Part shown: one piece after another, positions 45,901 to 57,037 of the stretch
Numbering within the stretch: the stretch's first letter is position 1
How the letters are laid out: every line of letters begins with the position of its first letter
Origin: Picochlorum sp. SENEW3
Taxonomy: Eukaryota
Assembly (NCBI GenBank): GCA_034226945.1
Contig: CP120454.1
Span: forward strand, 1,302,001 to 1,366,000
Length of the DNA stretch: 64,000 nt
Direction of reading: 5' to 3'
Program-made: the position numbers and the translations under genes
Notes under the pieces: generated by a model
Database searches by the model: none
Told to the model about the DNA's origin: nothing
What the model saw: only the letters and a program-made list of their open reading frames with translations

Positions 45901-46158
45901 ACATCACCATCATCGGTCCAGCCCAAGCAGCAGCAGCAGAAGAAGAAGCAAAAGATGGCAAGTGACGCTCCTCCATCAACCCCAGTGGATGCTCTCCAAA
46001 TGCACAAAATCGTTGATTTAACAACGACGCCTTTGAATCAAACCTCAGCTCCCAAGCAAGAGGAGAAACGTTTGGCTACACGAGAGCACGTGGAAGAGTT
46101 CAAGAAGAAATACTCAAATCTCGTCAAATTCCTCATGGATGAGGATGATGGGCATTAG
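42972..46158 (+). CDS. MER3: Meiotic DExH helicase MER3/HFM1/RCK
   Basis: FNSVQSECF, SPTGSGK, DEIH, SAT, FGNEMRPV, NDFLFD, TSTLAVGVNLPA, QMIGRAGR and a Sec63-like region. Introns 43194-43261, 44411-44483 and 45768-45834. Confidence 0.9.
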
Positions 46159-46179
46159 CGATACAACACTGGCATTATA

Positions 46180-47046
46180 TCATGTAGTTTCTTTTTCATC
46201 TGCATCAAGAGAATCCATAAATTTTATTATAACGTCCGAAGCCTCCTCTGCATGATCCTTCAGATCATGAACACCGCCCTCTATGACTGCCAATGTGGCA
46301 GATGGTGCCATGGCTTCCACAAGCCTCTTCCCAATGGCCTCCGGATCAACGCCAAAGGGCACCTGGCACTCATCAGCACCACTCATCATCACAAGCGTCG
46401 GCACATCCCTCAGAGCCTCCAACTCACGCTGTAACCGCTCATCAGAAAAATCGGAACTGAACATGTCATCCTCCCCTCCAGCAGCAGAACAATCTGCAAG
46501 ACTCAACCACCTCTTTGCTGTTATTGGAGTTCCCCCAAATTCCGCAAATCGAAACGCAATCTCATCTTCCCTTCCATCCTCCACCATTTTCCTGCACAGA
46601 TCTATACGCTCAGCTGTATTGGGAAATGCCCCCATCAAATACTCTCGATCTGACACTGGCCCTTGTAATATGATGCCATTCAACTCCTTGCCAAACCGAC
46701 GAGCACACATCACAGCATCCTGACATCCCGTTGAATGACCAAGTAACACAGCCTTTTCCATCCCATATGTATCTCGAAGCATCATCAAGAGTGAATGCAG
46801 TTCCTCACTATCCTCACCAACACTGCCAGTTCCCCAGCCATCATGTGATGACGTCAGCAAAGGCTGAACGAGAGTCCACCCAATCCTATCGAGCTTTGAG
46901 CATAGTGGCTTGAGGTACTCTGCAAACATGAAGCCACATGACAGCCCACCCACAGCCACAAAAAAGTGCCTATTCTTATTCTCCACTTGAGATATGAAAG
47001 CAACATTGGCAGGTTTCTGCCCATACCGGACCAGGGTACCATTCAT
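46180..47046 (-). CDS. DUF1749/UPF0613 alpha/beta hydrolase
   Basis: GGL, GHSTGCQD, QGPVSDREY and DDMFSSD motifs; start probably 47046 (alternative 47091). Confidence 0.88.
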   Translation of the reverse strand: MNGTLVRYGQKPANVAFISQVENKNRHFFVAVGGLSCGFMFAEYLKPLCSKLDRIGWTLVQPLLTSSHDGWGTGSVGEDSEELHSLLMMLRDTYGMEKAVLLGHSTGCQDAVMCARRFGKELNGIILQGPVSDREYLMGAFPNTAERIDLCRKMVEDGREDEIAFRFAEFGGTPITAKRWLSLADCSAAGGEDDMFSSDFSDERLQRELEALRDVPTLVMMSGADECQVPFGVDPEAIGKRLVEAMAPSATLAVIEGGVHDLKDHAEEASDVIIKFMDSLDADEKETT

Positions 47047-47358
47047 GATGGAAACGTTTGATTTGTATTGAAAATATGTAAAACATGGCATCGCGGACGT
47101 CCATCTAGAGATCTGCTCTAGAGTCCTGTCTCAGATTTAATTTTAAATCTAGGAAATCTAGGAAGAAACGTGGCCCAATCGTGCCTTTCAACGCACACAA
47201 AAGAACAATTAAAGCACATATTGACCCATTTGATATATATAAATCGATTAGTAATACACAAAACGCGGGTAACTTGGTGCATTCTCCGCATGCCATGCAC
47301 GTGTGAATTTCTACGCTATACTTACACTATTGGGCATAATACTATTCAATAACATAGC

Positions 47359-48468
47359 ATGGTAGAAAATATAAAGGAGAGAGAGACGAAGAAGAAGAAG
47401 AAAGTGGCCAAGAGGAAAGTATCTGCTGCCAGTCAGGAACAGCAGGAACTGACTGGCTGGGAATTCGCAGATGGCGATCAGGATGTCCTTGAACAGTACA
47501 TTCAAGGAGAAATTGATGCATCGAAAGGGACATTAGAGAAGAAGACGCAACAGCATTTGACGAAACACCAGAAGAAGGCCAATAAAAAGAGGAAGGAACA
47601 GCATATACGGGAAATAGAAGCTCGAAGGAGGGGTGGATTCATAGCACCTACGAATGCGGCAGAGTTTGAGCAAATGGTGATGTCGTCACCGAATAGTTCC
47701 TACGTCTGGATCCAATACATGGCTTACTTGATCGCCCAAGGAGAGGTGGACAAGGCCAGAGGTATTGCACAACGGGCCATCAATACCATATCATTCAGGG
47801 AGCAGCACGAGAAGTTCAACGTCTGGTTGGCATGGATAAACACTGAGAATATGTATGGCGATGAGGAGACTCTCGATGAGGTGTTTCAGAAGGCCATGTC
47901 GCATTGCAGTCAGAGCAATCTTCTCAAGTCAGTCCTCGATATTTTCCAGCAGACAAACAAGATAGATCGGGCAGAAAAGGTAGCGCGCCAGCTGTGTAAA
48001 TTATATAGTGATAATCCAGAATCATGGATCCGGTGTATGAAGTTTTGGTTGATGCAAGACAACCCAGAGGAGGCAAGGAGGGCATTTGACAAGTCCATGC
48101 AAGCCCTGCCTGCTCGCCATCACATTCACATGTCATCCCAAGCAGCCCTCGTAGAATTCAAGTTTGGTGATGCTGAAAAAGGTAGAAGTATTATGGAGCG
48201 TGTATTGCAGGAAAATCCGCGTAGAACAGACTTGTGGAGCGTGTATTTGGACCAAGAGGTTGCCCACGGAGACCAACATAGAGCGCGAGCGCTCTTTGAG
48301 CGTTGCATTCACCTCACGCTTCCACCTAAAAAGATGAAATTTCTATTCAAAAAGTATCTCGACTATGAAAAGAAGCATGGCGATGACGCACACGTGGAAT
48401 CTGTGAAGAAGAAAGCCATGGAGTATGTGGAGCGAGCTCTGCAAACAACAGAACCTGCCACCTCCTGA
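47359..48468 (+). CDS. Rrp5-like protein, C-terminal HAT/TPR domain only
   Basis: SSPNSSYVWIQYMA, RAINTISFRE..EKFNVWLA, EFKFGDAEKGRS, RTDLWSVYLDQE and KKMKFLFKKYLDYEK match the Rrp5 C-terminus. No S1 repeats are present. Confidence 0.85.
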   Translation: MVENIKERETKKKKKVAKRKVSAASQEQQELTGWEFADGDQDVLEQYIQGEIDASKGTLEKKTQQHLTKHQKKANKKRKEQHIREIEARRRGGFIAPTNAAEFEQMVMSSPNSSYVWIQYMAYLIAQGEVDKARGIAQRAINTISFREQHEKFNVWLAWINTENMYGDEETLDEVFQKAMSHCSQSNLLKSVLDIFQQTNKIDRAEKVARQLCKLYSDNPESWIRCMKFWLMQDNPEEARRAFDKSMQALPARHHIHMSSQAALVEFKFGDAEKGRSIMERVLQENPRRTDLWSVYLDQEVAHGDQHRARALFERCIHLTLPPKKMKFLFKKYLDYEKKHGDDAHVESVKKKAMEYVERALQTTEPATS

Positions 48469-48612
48469 GCGTCATTGTTACACACATGTATGTATATATA
48501 TATATACGAAAGAATAATTTAATTTAACAAGGTATCATACGCTATCATTCAAAAAGAAAAGAGAGAATCAATCCATCCCCAAGGAAGTTTGCTGTTGGGT
48601 CATCTTCCTTGT

Positions 48613-48984
48613 CTAAAACATCATATCCATCAGACAACAGCAACACATGGCCGCTAAACACGCCGCACATATATCAGGTCCAGGAGACATATTCTGATTT
48701 TGCTGCTGCTGCTGATAATACACTGGCTGACCACTCGGTGGAGGATAATACCCAGGTGGCGCTGCCCCATACCCATTGGCATACTGCTGATTATTTGCCC
48801 CCGGATAGCCCGCCGGAGGAGGTGCTCCATACCCCGCCTGCCCATATCCATACGCTGGAGGAGGAGGATACTGATTGCCTCCATACGCACCACCACCTCC
48901 CTGCGTAGCACCTACTGGCTGTCCATATACCACCTCCTGCTCCTGTTTCGTCGGATATTCGTAGTTGAATGTTGACTTGCCCAT
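48613..48984 (-). CDS. CYSTM tail-anchored Cys-rich protein
   Basis: P/G/Y/Q-rich body ending in CAACLAAMCCCCLMDMMF; ATG at 48984. Confidence 0.88.
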   Translation of the reverse strand: MGKSTFNYEYPTKQEQEVVYGQPVGATQGGGGAYGGNQYPPPPAYGYGQAGYGAPPPAGYPGANNQQYANGYGAAPPGYYPPPSGQPVYYQQQQQNQNMSPGPDICAACLAAMCCCCLMDMMF

Positions 48985-49542
48985 TCCTATCGCAGTATTT
49001 TCTATCACGACTACAAATGCAGACTCTTCCCCGGCAGGAAACAGATGAATTCAACGGATACAGAAAAGACACAAACGTGTTGTCAAACTCTCTTGAATAC
49101 TTGGGCACCAGTGATGGCAAAGGCCCTTTGTACTGGTGTTTAATGACACGTATCAAATTATATATGAATAAATGGGCAACTAAGAGAGCTACAGTATCCT
49201 TGAATGGGCAAGGGTGTTTGTAATTCGATACATTAAAACACATTGGCGCAAGTATTCCACACGCAATGCTCGCTCATCCTAGTGGGACAAATCTCTGCCA
49301 ATTTCATCATAAATAACTGATTTTCGATATATGTTTTGAAACAAAGCCATCAGAAGTAGGTATATTTCAGTCAGGAGCGTCTTTGTATCTTCTGTGGCAG
49401 TTTGTGTGGTTTTGAAGCATTCCCCACCTTTTGGCCTCTGTTTCGACTACTTCTTCGATTCTTTACTCTATATTGGCATTATTAACAATACTTATATTAC
49501 ATAAGCTCCAAAGACGCTTGAATACCACAGAATAGTAGAAAC

Positions 49543-50475
49543 ATGTTTGGAAAGTGTCCCATGGGAACTCGAGCGAGAGCCTCTCCCTGCTCTCGGGGTA
49601 TCCTGAAGCAGCAGCAACACGCAATGCATGGCCGATGTTACATATCGTCGACTCCTATGGATGAAGAATCACGTGGATGGCGCGTATCAGCTTCCAAAAA
49701 GAGTAATACGAATGACTCTGGTGATGATAAATCATTTGGAGAATCTCTTGGGGAGTCTGTGAGGGATCTGTTCGACTTTGCAAAGTGGGCTCCTCGATCG
49801 AGCCAGGCGTGGCGCCTTGGGCAAGATCCAGGAAATTCTAGATCGTCAGATGATGAGGATGGAGGCCCTTCTCCAGCAGAAATGACACAGGATGATGTGG
49901 ATGTGTTGAACAAGAGGTTGGCTGAGCAGCAGCGATCGGGGTCTGTGGAGTACGATGATGGTAGTGATTTTATGAATAATGGAAAGTTTGGTGAGGAGGA
50001 CCCATCCTTTCTTCGGTCGACGGATGAGGAGTTTGCAGAGGCATTGAATGCCCGCATCACAGAGGTGGCCTCCGATGCATCATCCAATGGATCAGATGAC
50101 GACGGTGAGGAGGATGCATATCAGCAACTGACTGGTGATGATTTGGTTTCTCTGATTAAGAGTAAATATGGGAAGAAGCATGACGTAGCATTTGTGAGGA
50201 GGGATATTCCTGGCAAGACACTTGTGTGCCTGAATATCTATCATGCGCATCTGGGACAGAAATCCTTCCCCATGACGGTGGAAGACTTTGAAGAAAAGAT
50301 GGATGCTGTGGCACTATCCTTGCAGATGTGGGATCAGGTGGAACGTGTGGTGTCCTTTTTAAAGAGTCCAGTGGCCCCTCGAAGGGGGCTTCCATCCAGA
50401 CCTATTGTGGGCAATGCTGTCAGTATACCGCTCGAGCTGACACCCGATCAAATCTTAGAGTGGTTTGGACGGTAA
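49543..50475 (+). CDS. DUF3067-family protein, probably plastid-targeted
   Basis: C-terminal LIKSKYGKKHDV...LNIYHAHLGQKSFPMT...GNAVSIPL resembles DUF3067. Confidence 0.75.
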   Translation: MFGKCPMGTRARASPCSRGILKQQQHAMHGRCYISSTPMDEESRGWRVSASKKSNTNDSGDDKSFGESLGESVRDLFDFAKWAPRSSQAWRLGQDPGNSRSSDDEDGGPSPAEMTQDDVDVLNKRLAEQQRSGSVEYDDGSDFMNNGKFGEEDPSFLRSTDEEFAEALNARITEVASDASSNGSDDDGEEDAYQQLTGDDLVSLIKSKYGKKHDVAFVRRDIPGKTLVCLNIYHAHLGQKSFPMTVEDFEEKMDAVALSLQMWDQVERVVSFLKSPVAPRRGLPSRPIVGNAVSIPLELTPDQILEWFGR

Positions 50476-50786
50476 TCCGTATTCATGTCTTCCTCCTGTA
50501 TGTGTAACACTGAGAGACTTGTCTCATGTATCGACCCAGGCTGAAATCGCATCTCACACCCGGTCAAATAGACGATAGAATGGGGGATAGTGTTCTGTGT
50601 CGATCACTGTATAGCATCTCGGTCGGATACCCCCTTCAATGGGACTTGATCTAGGAGATCCTCATCCAGCGTCAATCGGATCGCGTCTTATCAAAACAAG
50701 GGTGGATGCCGATTTTCGTAGATACGCCCGAGGTCCTCGCAACAGAAGAATATCCTACTCAATACACTTGGAACAAATACATAACA

Positions 50787-51642
50787 ATGCAGATCCAACT
50801 CCAAAGGTACGAATGATGGTGTACAAGAGACGCAGAGGAATAATCAGCAGAGTGTTTTCTGATGGCAACAACAACACTCGTGGCTGATTGCGGTCTATCT
50901 GCGTATCCATCTAATCACAAAACTGTTTTATTTGGTACAAGGATGGGGATGGGTATGTAATTTGGATGTTTTTGTGTGCAGAACCACATTCGCCCCAAAG
51001 GTGGCCAGTGCCAAGCGCACCGCCGTGACCAACAAGGTCGTTTGCTCTGCTGAGAAGACTGGAGCTGAAAAGTTGGGAAAGGCTGCCGCTGCCGCTGCCC
51101 TCTCTGCTGTCTTGGGTCTCACCGCTGTGGACGCTGCCATGGCTGATGTTGCTGGATTGACTCCATGCTCCGAGTCCAAGGCTTTTGCCAAGCGCAAAAA
51201 GCAGGAGGTGAAGGGTCTTACCAAGCGTATGAAGCAGTATGAGGCTGGATCTGCTCCAGCAATCGCTCTCCAGGCCACCATTGAGAAGACTGAGAAGAGA
51301 TTTGACAAGTATGCTAGCCAGGGGCTTCTCTGCGGAACCGACGGACTCCCACATTTGATCGCTGACCCAGGATTGGCTCTTCGTTATGGACATGCTGGAG
51401 ATGTGTTGCTTCCAACCATTGGTTTCATCTATGTTGCCGGATGGATTGGATACTCTGGAACCAAGTATGTTCAGGAGGTCAAGAAGGACAAGAAGCCAAC
51501 TGAGAAGGAGATTATCATTGATGTGCCACTTGCCTGGAAGCTTCTTTGGGGTGGACTCGCTTGGCCAGTTGCCGCTGCTGCTGAGTTCAAGAACGGAACG
51601 TTGCTGGAGGATGACAGCAACATTACAGTGTCCCCACGCTAA
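50787..51642 (+). CDS. PSAF: Photosystem I subunit III (PsaF)
   Basis: Exon 1 MQIQLQR (ATG 50787), intron 50807-50981; DVAGLTPCSESKAF, LLCGTDGLPHLI, EIIIDVPLA and ITVSPR motifs; bipartite transit peptide. Confidence 0.97.
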
Positions 51643-51754
51643 ATTCTGGTGGGTTAGAGAAATGGGGAGGTGATGCATCACATGTGTTAGAACGAATTGC
51701 ATAGCTTCTTCCAAGTAGACGTGTTTCTATTTTACGAAACTATAATCCTTTTCT

Positions 51755-51768
51755 TGTAATTGATTACA
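51755..51768. terminator. Paired TGTAA poly(A) signals, one per strand, between convergent PSAF and CTF18
   Basis: TGTAA at 51755-51759 and TTACA at 51764-51768. The same chlorophyte signal lies near other gene ends (9041, 14809, 21108, 27876, 31009, 42803, 57004, 62693). Confidence 0.7.
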
Positions 51769-51781
51769 CATCATTGACATG

Positions 51782-54646
51782 TTATAGTAATTGGGCAATT
51801 TTGATGGGTTTCTTCACTGCATTTGTGTATCCTTCATGGAACTTGTACAGCACAGGCATGTCCTCTGCTCTCATTTTCTTGCTGTGTGTCTGTCCCTGTG
51901 AGTTTTGTTCCGAACGGCCTCGTGTTGTCTGTTTACTCTTTAATTTGTCTAGCCAAGTCCGCTTTCGTGTCGATGTCTTCTTTTTGGACTGGGTTGATGC
52001 CTTGTTCTCTTCCAATCTCTGTGCTAGACTCACAGGAATATGTGCTGCGGTGGGTTTAGGCACCTGTGAGGGTGTACTCTGCGTCTGATGACCTTCCTGA
52101 CTTGTTTTTGTACTGCGCCGGATGCGTTCCATGTCAAGCTCGTGAGCAACCATCTGTTGTGTTGGGGCTGGTATGTCTCGAGGAGGGCATGTTTGGCCAA
52201 GCGTCTTGTTAGGGAAATTCCAGAATGTGTGGATCGGAGGGTTGAATTTGACGGCTGTATTTGACTCATCTGAATCTGGATCATCTTCCAAAGAATAGGA
52301 CACCCCAAGTGCCAGCATGGCATCTACAAGTCTTTCCAATGTCTTCTTTTCTTCCTTTGAATACAGATGCCTGGAGACCGGCCGTAAACTAGGGCTCAGA
52401 AGCCATGGAAGAAGAGGAATCGTTTCAGCTACAGCCGCTGTTTTACCAAGAGTCGCATAGGTGCTAGGGTTCATCCCCAACATCCACCTGTGCAGCATTG
52501 CTTTTCTTTCACCAAGTTCTCTTCTGGTAGCTGGAAGTGTTCTTGGCCACCTGACGGATGGATTTTCAGGTCCTGATAGGATATTGGCTATTCGCAACGT
52601 CATTGCTGGAATATATTTTCCTAGTGAGAAGTCTGCCGTCTGGGATAGCTTGCGCTGTAGCATATCAGCCATCTGCATGTTGTCTAGCACTGTTGAGGTT
52701 CTCAAGAGTGCCATATCAAAATGAATAATGGAAGGAAGGCTCTCATAGAATCCTCCAATGACAAGATCATGATCGCCAAAGTCCAGAATAGTGTTGAATA
52801 GCCTTGAACAGCGTTGGGATTCTGATTCTGGCACCTGACCAATGACTGCTGGGCCCTTCTGCATACGTAGATATACTCACAGTGATGACAATCGCGTCCC
52901 ATCCCATACAAATACATCCATACATACCTTTTGGTGCAGTAAATCTTTCCAGAGTCTAAAAGCACCAATGGTGATATCTTTCTGACCACTGCCTACTGAA
53001 GAAATGTCACTCAATCTCAACATCTTTTGCTTCTTTCCAATAAATTGCATGGTATTCAAGCATGACCGAATATCGCATTCTGTCTTCTCGATAAGAGCTC
53101 TCAATGTTGATTTTTCTGCTTTCAATTTCTCCCGCTTGCAAATGAACTGTAATCTCTCCACCAGTTTCTCTGCCGATGGGGGCCTCACATGAAATACGCG
53201 AGCCACATCCCTGAGGGGTCGCAACACAGGCGCATACAAATCATTACATATGCAAATGACGGGCCTCGTCAATGGCTTATCCTTCTTCTTCTTCCTTGAC
53301 GGCTTTCCACCTGCATCCTCCTCTTGGTGCTTGCTCCTCTTTTCCACCTTTGCTTGTGCAAGTTTTATCAGAGCAGAAACTGCACTTTTCCCCTCTCCGC
53401 CTGCAGCTACTCCATCAATTTCATCGATAATAATGCAATTAGGACGATTTTCACCGATAACAGATGTCATTTCCATGGCATTAATGACTCTAGACATCAA
53501 CTCTGGGCCACTCCTCTCATCACTGGCATTAATCTCCACAGCCTTGTACCCACAATGCCTTGCCACAATATGCGCCAAGGTTGTCTTCCCAAGACCAGGT
53601 GGACCCGCAAGGAGAATAAGCTTCTGTTCAGGCCTGAAATATGGATCCGTGTTCTCTGATGTCTTGGAAGCATCTACTGTGCCAAACACACATCTATCCC
53701 ATTGCTTCATCCACTTGACGACATCCCGATTGATCAACTCATCACTCAACAAATCCATAAAATGACGAGGAGCATATTTATCTACCCAAAGCCCAGATGT
53801 GCCAGCAGCAGACGCCTTCTGATCCTTCTTCTTCTTGTTCGTCTTCCTAGTAGTATCCTGCCCTCTACCTTGTGTTTCAGCCAACACCCGTTCAAAGTGA
53901 TCCTTTTCCACTGCGGAGAGCAACGCATCAATTTTCGTCGACAAAAGAGAGCCTTTGCTCCGCCGAAGAGCACGAGCCAGTAGACCACCTTCAGAAGTAT
54001 CATCCACATGCAATGGAGCATACACCCGCTCTCCTGACGGAGATGTCACAGTGACGTATTGTTCTGTGGCATTCATCGCATCCCTTTGAGGAGGAAGGCA
54101 CTCTCTATCCTTGATAACATCCTCCTTGACTGTTTCTGTTGTCCCAATATCCCCGTCACTCTTAGGTTCTGGTGGGAGAGGAGGAGCCTCATGCGTCGAC
54201 TCGTCTGCAGTGTTGAGGACATTTCCCGTATCATGATGAACGACATCATCATTACCATTCGCATTCGTCTCAGCTTCCCCCAAGAATCCAACATATCCAT
54301 CAACATTGCCCACATCACCGCCAATATCATCATCATCATCATCCAGCCCAATCCCATCCACCGGCTCCTCCATATCCAACAACATGTCAATATCATCCAT
54401 CTCATCAAGAGAAGGCTTCCCCTTCCCTCCTGCCACCTTGCCCGCATCCTGAGACTGTTGTTGCGAATACAAGGGCATACCGGCCACCATATCAAGCAAT
54501 TCTTCATCAACATTCTCCTTCTCTTCTTCCAGCCCCCTTCCATCACCAGTAAACCTGGGAGCAACAAGACCACCTATACCAGGAACAGCATCCAAATCCG
54601 GTCGGACATTGCCCCTCGCATTCACATCAAGACTGTCCCCGTCCAT
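51782..54646 (-). CDS. CTF18: Chromosome transmission fidelity protein 18 (RFC-like clamp loader subunit)
   Basis: LWVDKYAP, WMKQWD, GPPGLGKTTLAH, EINASDER, IDEIDG, RPVICICNDLYAP and C-terminal YKFHEGYTNAVK; intron 52859-52927. Confidence 0.93.
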
Positions 54647-55408
54647 GTCTTTTTCTTTTTCTCTCACTCTCTTTCTGCGTGTGTGATAACAACACGTCTA
54701 GAAAACCAGAAATGCCTGCTTCAAACCAACCAGTCTATGTATGTCTGTATGAGTAGACAACAGCAATTGGCTGTTGTTGTCTATCGACAGCGTCTCTGCT
54801 ACTAATGCACCACCAATACAGTAGTAAAGCCAAGGCAAATCAATAGCTTCTCAATGAATTAGCTCCACAGGACTGAGATTGCCGTTGTTGCGATACAAGC
54901 AGCTTGAATTTCAAATTCCTCCCCTTCTCAAACGCATATAGCAGTCACAATACTTTTATATACAAATGAACGTCATTCCTGAGCATTATATTTGTTAAAA
55001 GAGTGCGATCATTCAGAAGAAACAACCGATGTCTGTACTTGAAGAAATTTGAATCTGACTGGACAGAGTATTTCGGGGATGGAGTCTCATGACAACCAAA
55101 GATACGGATATATGTGTACCAATGCATCCTATTTGCCAGAGTACTGTACACATTATTGGTCTCATCAGTAGAACAATCGTTATAGCCCACCAGGGTCGTC
55201 GTCAACGGGCACGTGTCCTTTTCTTGCCCTTCTTTGGGATAAAGACACGTCACAGCCGCAGTGTGGGAGAAGAATTGATTTTTCAAGAGATAATTTATTA
55301 GATTAACGCAACGGGATAGACTGCGGTGTCATACTGGTGTAGAAACACGCTTTCCGACAAGAAGACGAAGAAGGGATTAGTCGAGAAACCTCTGGATTTG
55401 ATCGTGAG

Positions 55409-55597
55409 ATGAGTGGATACCACGGCGACGAGTATACATTGTTTGGTTATGAGATTCCATTTCCAAGAAAGGACTTGTTTATTGCTTTGGCAGCTGTGAT
55501 TGGCTTTTTACCCATAACAGTGATTTTGCATACTCTTGTGACAACTGTGTACAGATTGATTGCTGGTGATCGCCGAACGAAGAAGCACGAGGAATAG
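55409..55597 (+). CDS. 62-aa predicted single-pass membrane microprotein, unknown family
   Basis: ATG start, hydrophobic LFIALAAVIGFLPITVIL segment and charged tail RRTKKHEE; it fills otherwise gene-free space. Confidence 0.55.
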   Translation: MSGYHGDEYTLFGYEIPFPRKDLFIALAAVIGFLPITVILHTLVTTVYRLIAGDRRTKKHEE

Positions 55598-55610
55598 GAA
55601 TTTTGAATAG

Positions 55611-56987
55611 ATGATTTCTCAATTGATGGTGTTGTCACCTCGTGGTGATGTGATTATTTTGAAGGATTTCAAGGGGAATGTGTGCAAGACGTCTCCAGAA
55701 ATTCTGTTTCGAAGAATTACATTGAAAGACGCGCCTCCCGTGTTTTGCGTGGATGGAACGCAGTATCTATACATCAAAGCTGGTTCGTTGTATTGGGGTG
55801 CGACGACGAGGGAGAATGTGTCCCCATCTCTTGTATTAGAGATGCTGAATCGGCTGTTTTGGATTACCAATGATTATGTGGGGCATGTGTCCGAGGAGTC
55901 TGTTCGGAAGAATTTCGTGCTCGTTTATGAGTTATTAGATGAGATTATGGATTATGGGTTTCCGCAGAATTCGTCGACGGAGAGGCTGAAGGAGTTTATT
56001 GCCATGGAGCCTGCTGTGTCACGGCCCAAGGCTCCGCTGGCATCCATTGGGTCTGGACCAAAGGAGGTTGTCAAGTCTGTGCTGAGCACGTCGAGAACGG
56101 GAGCCAAGGAGGAAATTTTTGTAGACATTGTAGAAAAATTGACGGCGATTTTCGATGTGTCTGGACGTCTGAGGACGTCCTTTATTGTCGGGTCTGTACA
56201 GGTCAAGTCCTATCTGCATGGAAATCCAATGATTCGCCTTGGTTTATCAGAAAACTTGCTTCTTCTTTCAGATGATGTTTCGAATGATGATGGTATGCCT
56301 TTGAATTATGGATCGTTAGACGATGGGCTTGGACCAGTCGTGCTGGATACGTATTCTCTGCATGAGAGTGCTGATCAGCAGGTGTTTGCCCAGGACAGGA
56401 TACTAGAGCTGGTGCCACCAGAAGGGCATTTTTCTCTCCTGACGTATCGTAGTTCAAAGTCATTCCGTCCTCCATTTAGAATTTATCCGGCTGTTGAAGA
56501 CGATATGAATTCGGATGAGAAGATGACGCTCTACATCCGACTCTTGGCTGAATATGAACCCCGCAAGACAGCATCAGGGGTCGAGATTGTGCTACCACTT
56601 CCACCGACCGTGTCTCGAGCTCATGTAGATACGGATACACAGGATAATGAAGGTCCATTATTGTCAAAATTGACTGGTAAATCCTTCCAACAGAGCGCCG
56701 AATGGTATCCGAGAGATTCAAAATTGGTCTGGGTGTTGAGAAACCTACCAGGTGGCAGGGAACACACCCTTCGAGTACGACTCACCATTGAGCCTGGACA
56801 GGCCCACATGGTTCGACATGAAATGGGACCAATCATGGCCCATTTTGTATTGCCAGGAAAGCCGACAATGAGCGGGTTGGATGTGAAATACTTGAAAATC
56901 ATGAAGGATACATCACGGGGACAGGCCCCCTCCAGATGGTTTCGAGCTGTTGCTGTGGCAAATACGTATCTCGTTCGGACGGACTAA
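55611..56987 (+). CDS. AP4M1: Adaptor protein complex AP-4 mu subunit
   Basis: MISQLMVLSPRGD, RKNFVLVYELLDEIMDYGFPQ, EEIFVDIVE, VPPEGHF and SGLDVKYLKI motifs. Confidence 0.88.
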   Translation: MISQLMVLSPRGDVIILKDFKGNVCKTSPEILFRRITLKDAPPVFCVDGTQYLYIKAGSLYWGATTRENVSPSLVLEMLNRLFWITNDYVGHVSEESVRKNFVLVYELLDEIMDYGFPQNSSTERLKEFIAMEPAVSRPKAPLASIGSGPKEVVKSVLSTSRTGAKEEIFVDIVEKLTAIFDVSGRLRTSFIVGSVQVKSYLHGNPMIRLGLSENLLLLSDDVSNDDGMPLNYGSLDDGLGPVVLDTYSLHESADQQVFAQDRILELVPPEGHFSLLTYRSSKSFRPPFRIYPAVEDDMNSDEKMTLYIRLLAEYEPRKTASGVEIVLPLPPTVSRAHVDTDTQDNEGPLLSKLTGKSFQQSAEWYPRDSKLVWVLRNLPGGREHTLRVRLTIEPGQAHMVRHEMGPIMAHFVLPGKPTMSGLDVKYLKIMKDTSRGQAPSRWFRAVAVANTYLVRTD

Positions 56988-57037
56988 GAATCTACATATA
57001 TCATGTAAAATGTATAATAATAAATAAATGTGTGTGA

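Noticed and set aside
50911..51714. 267-aa ORF antisense to PSAF
   Set aside because: Shadow ORF fully explained by PsaF on the other strand.
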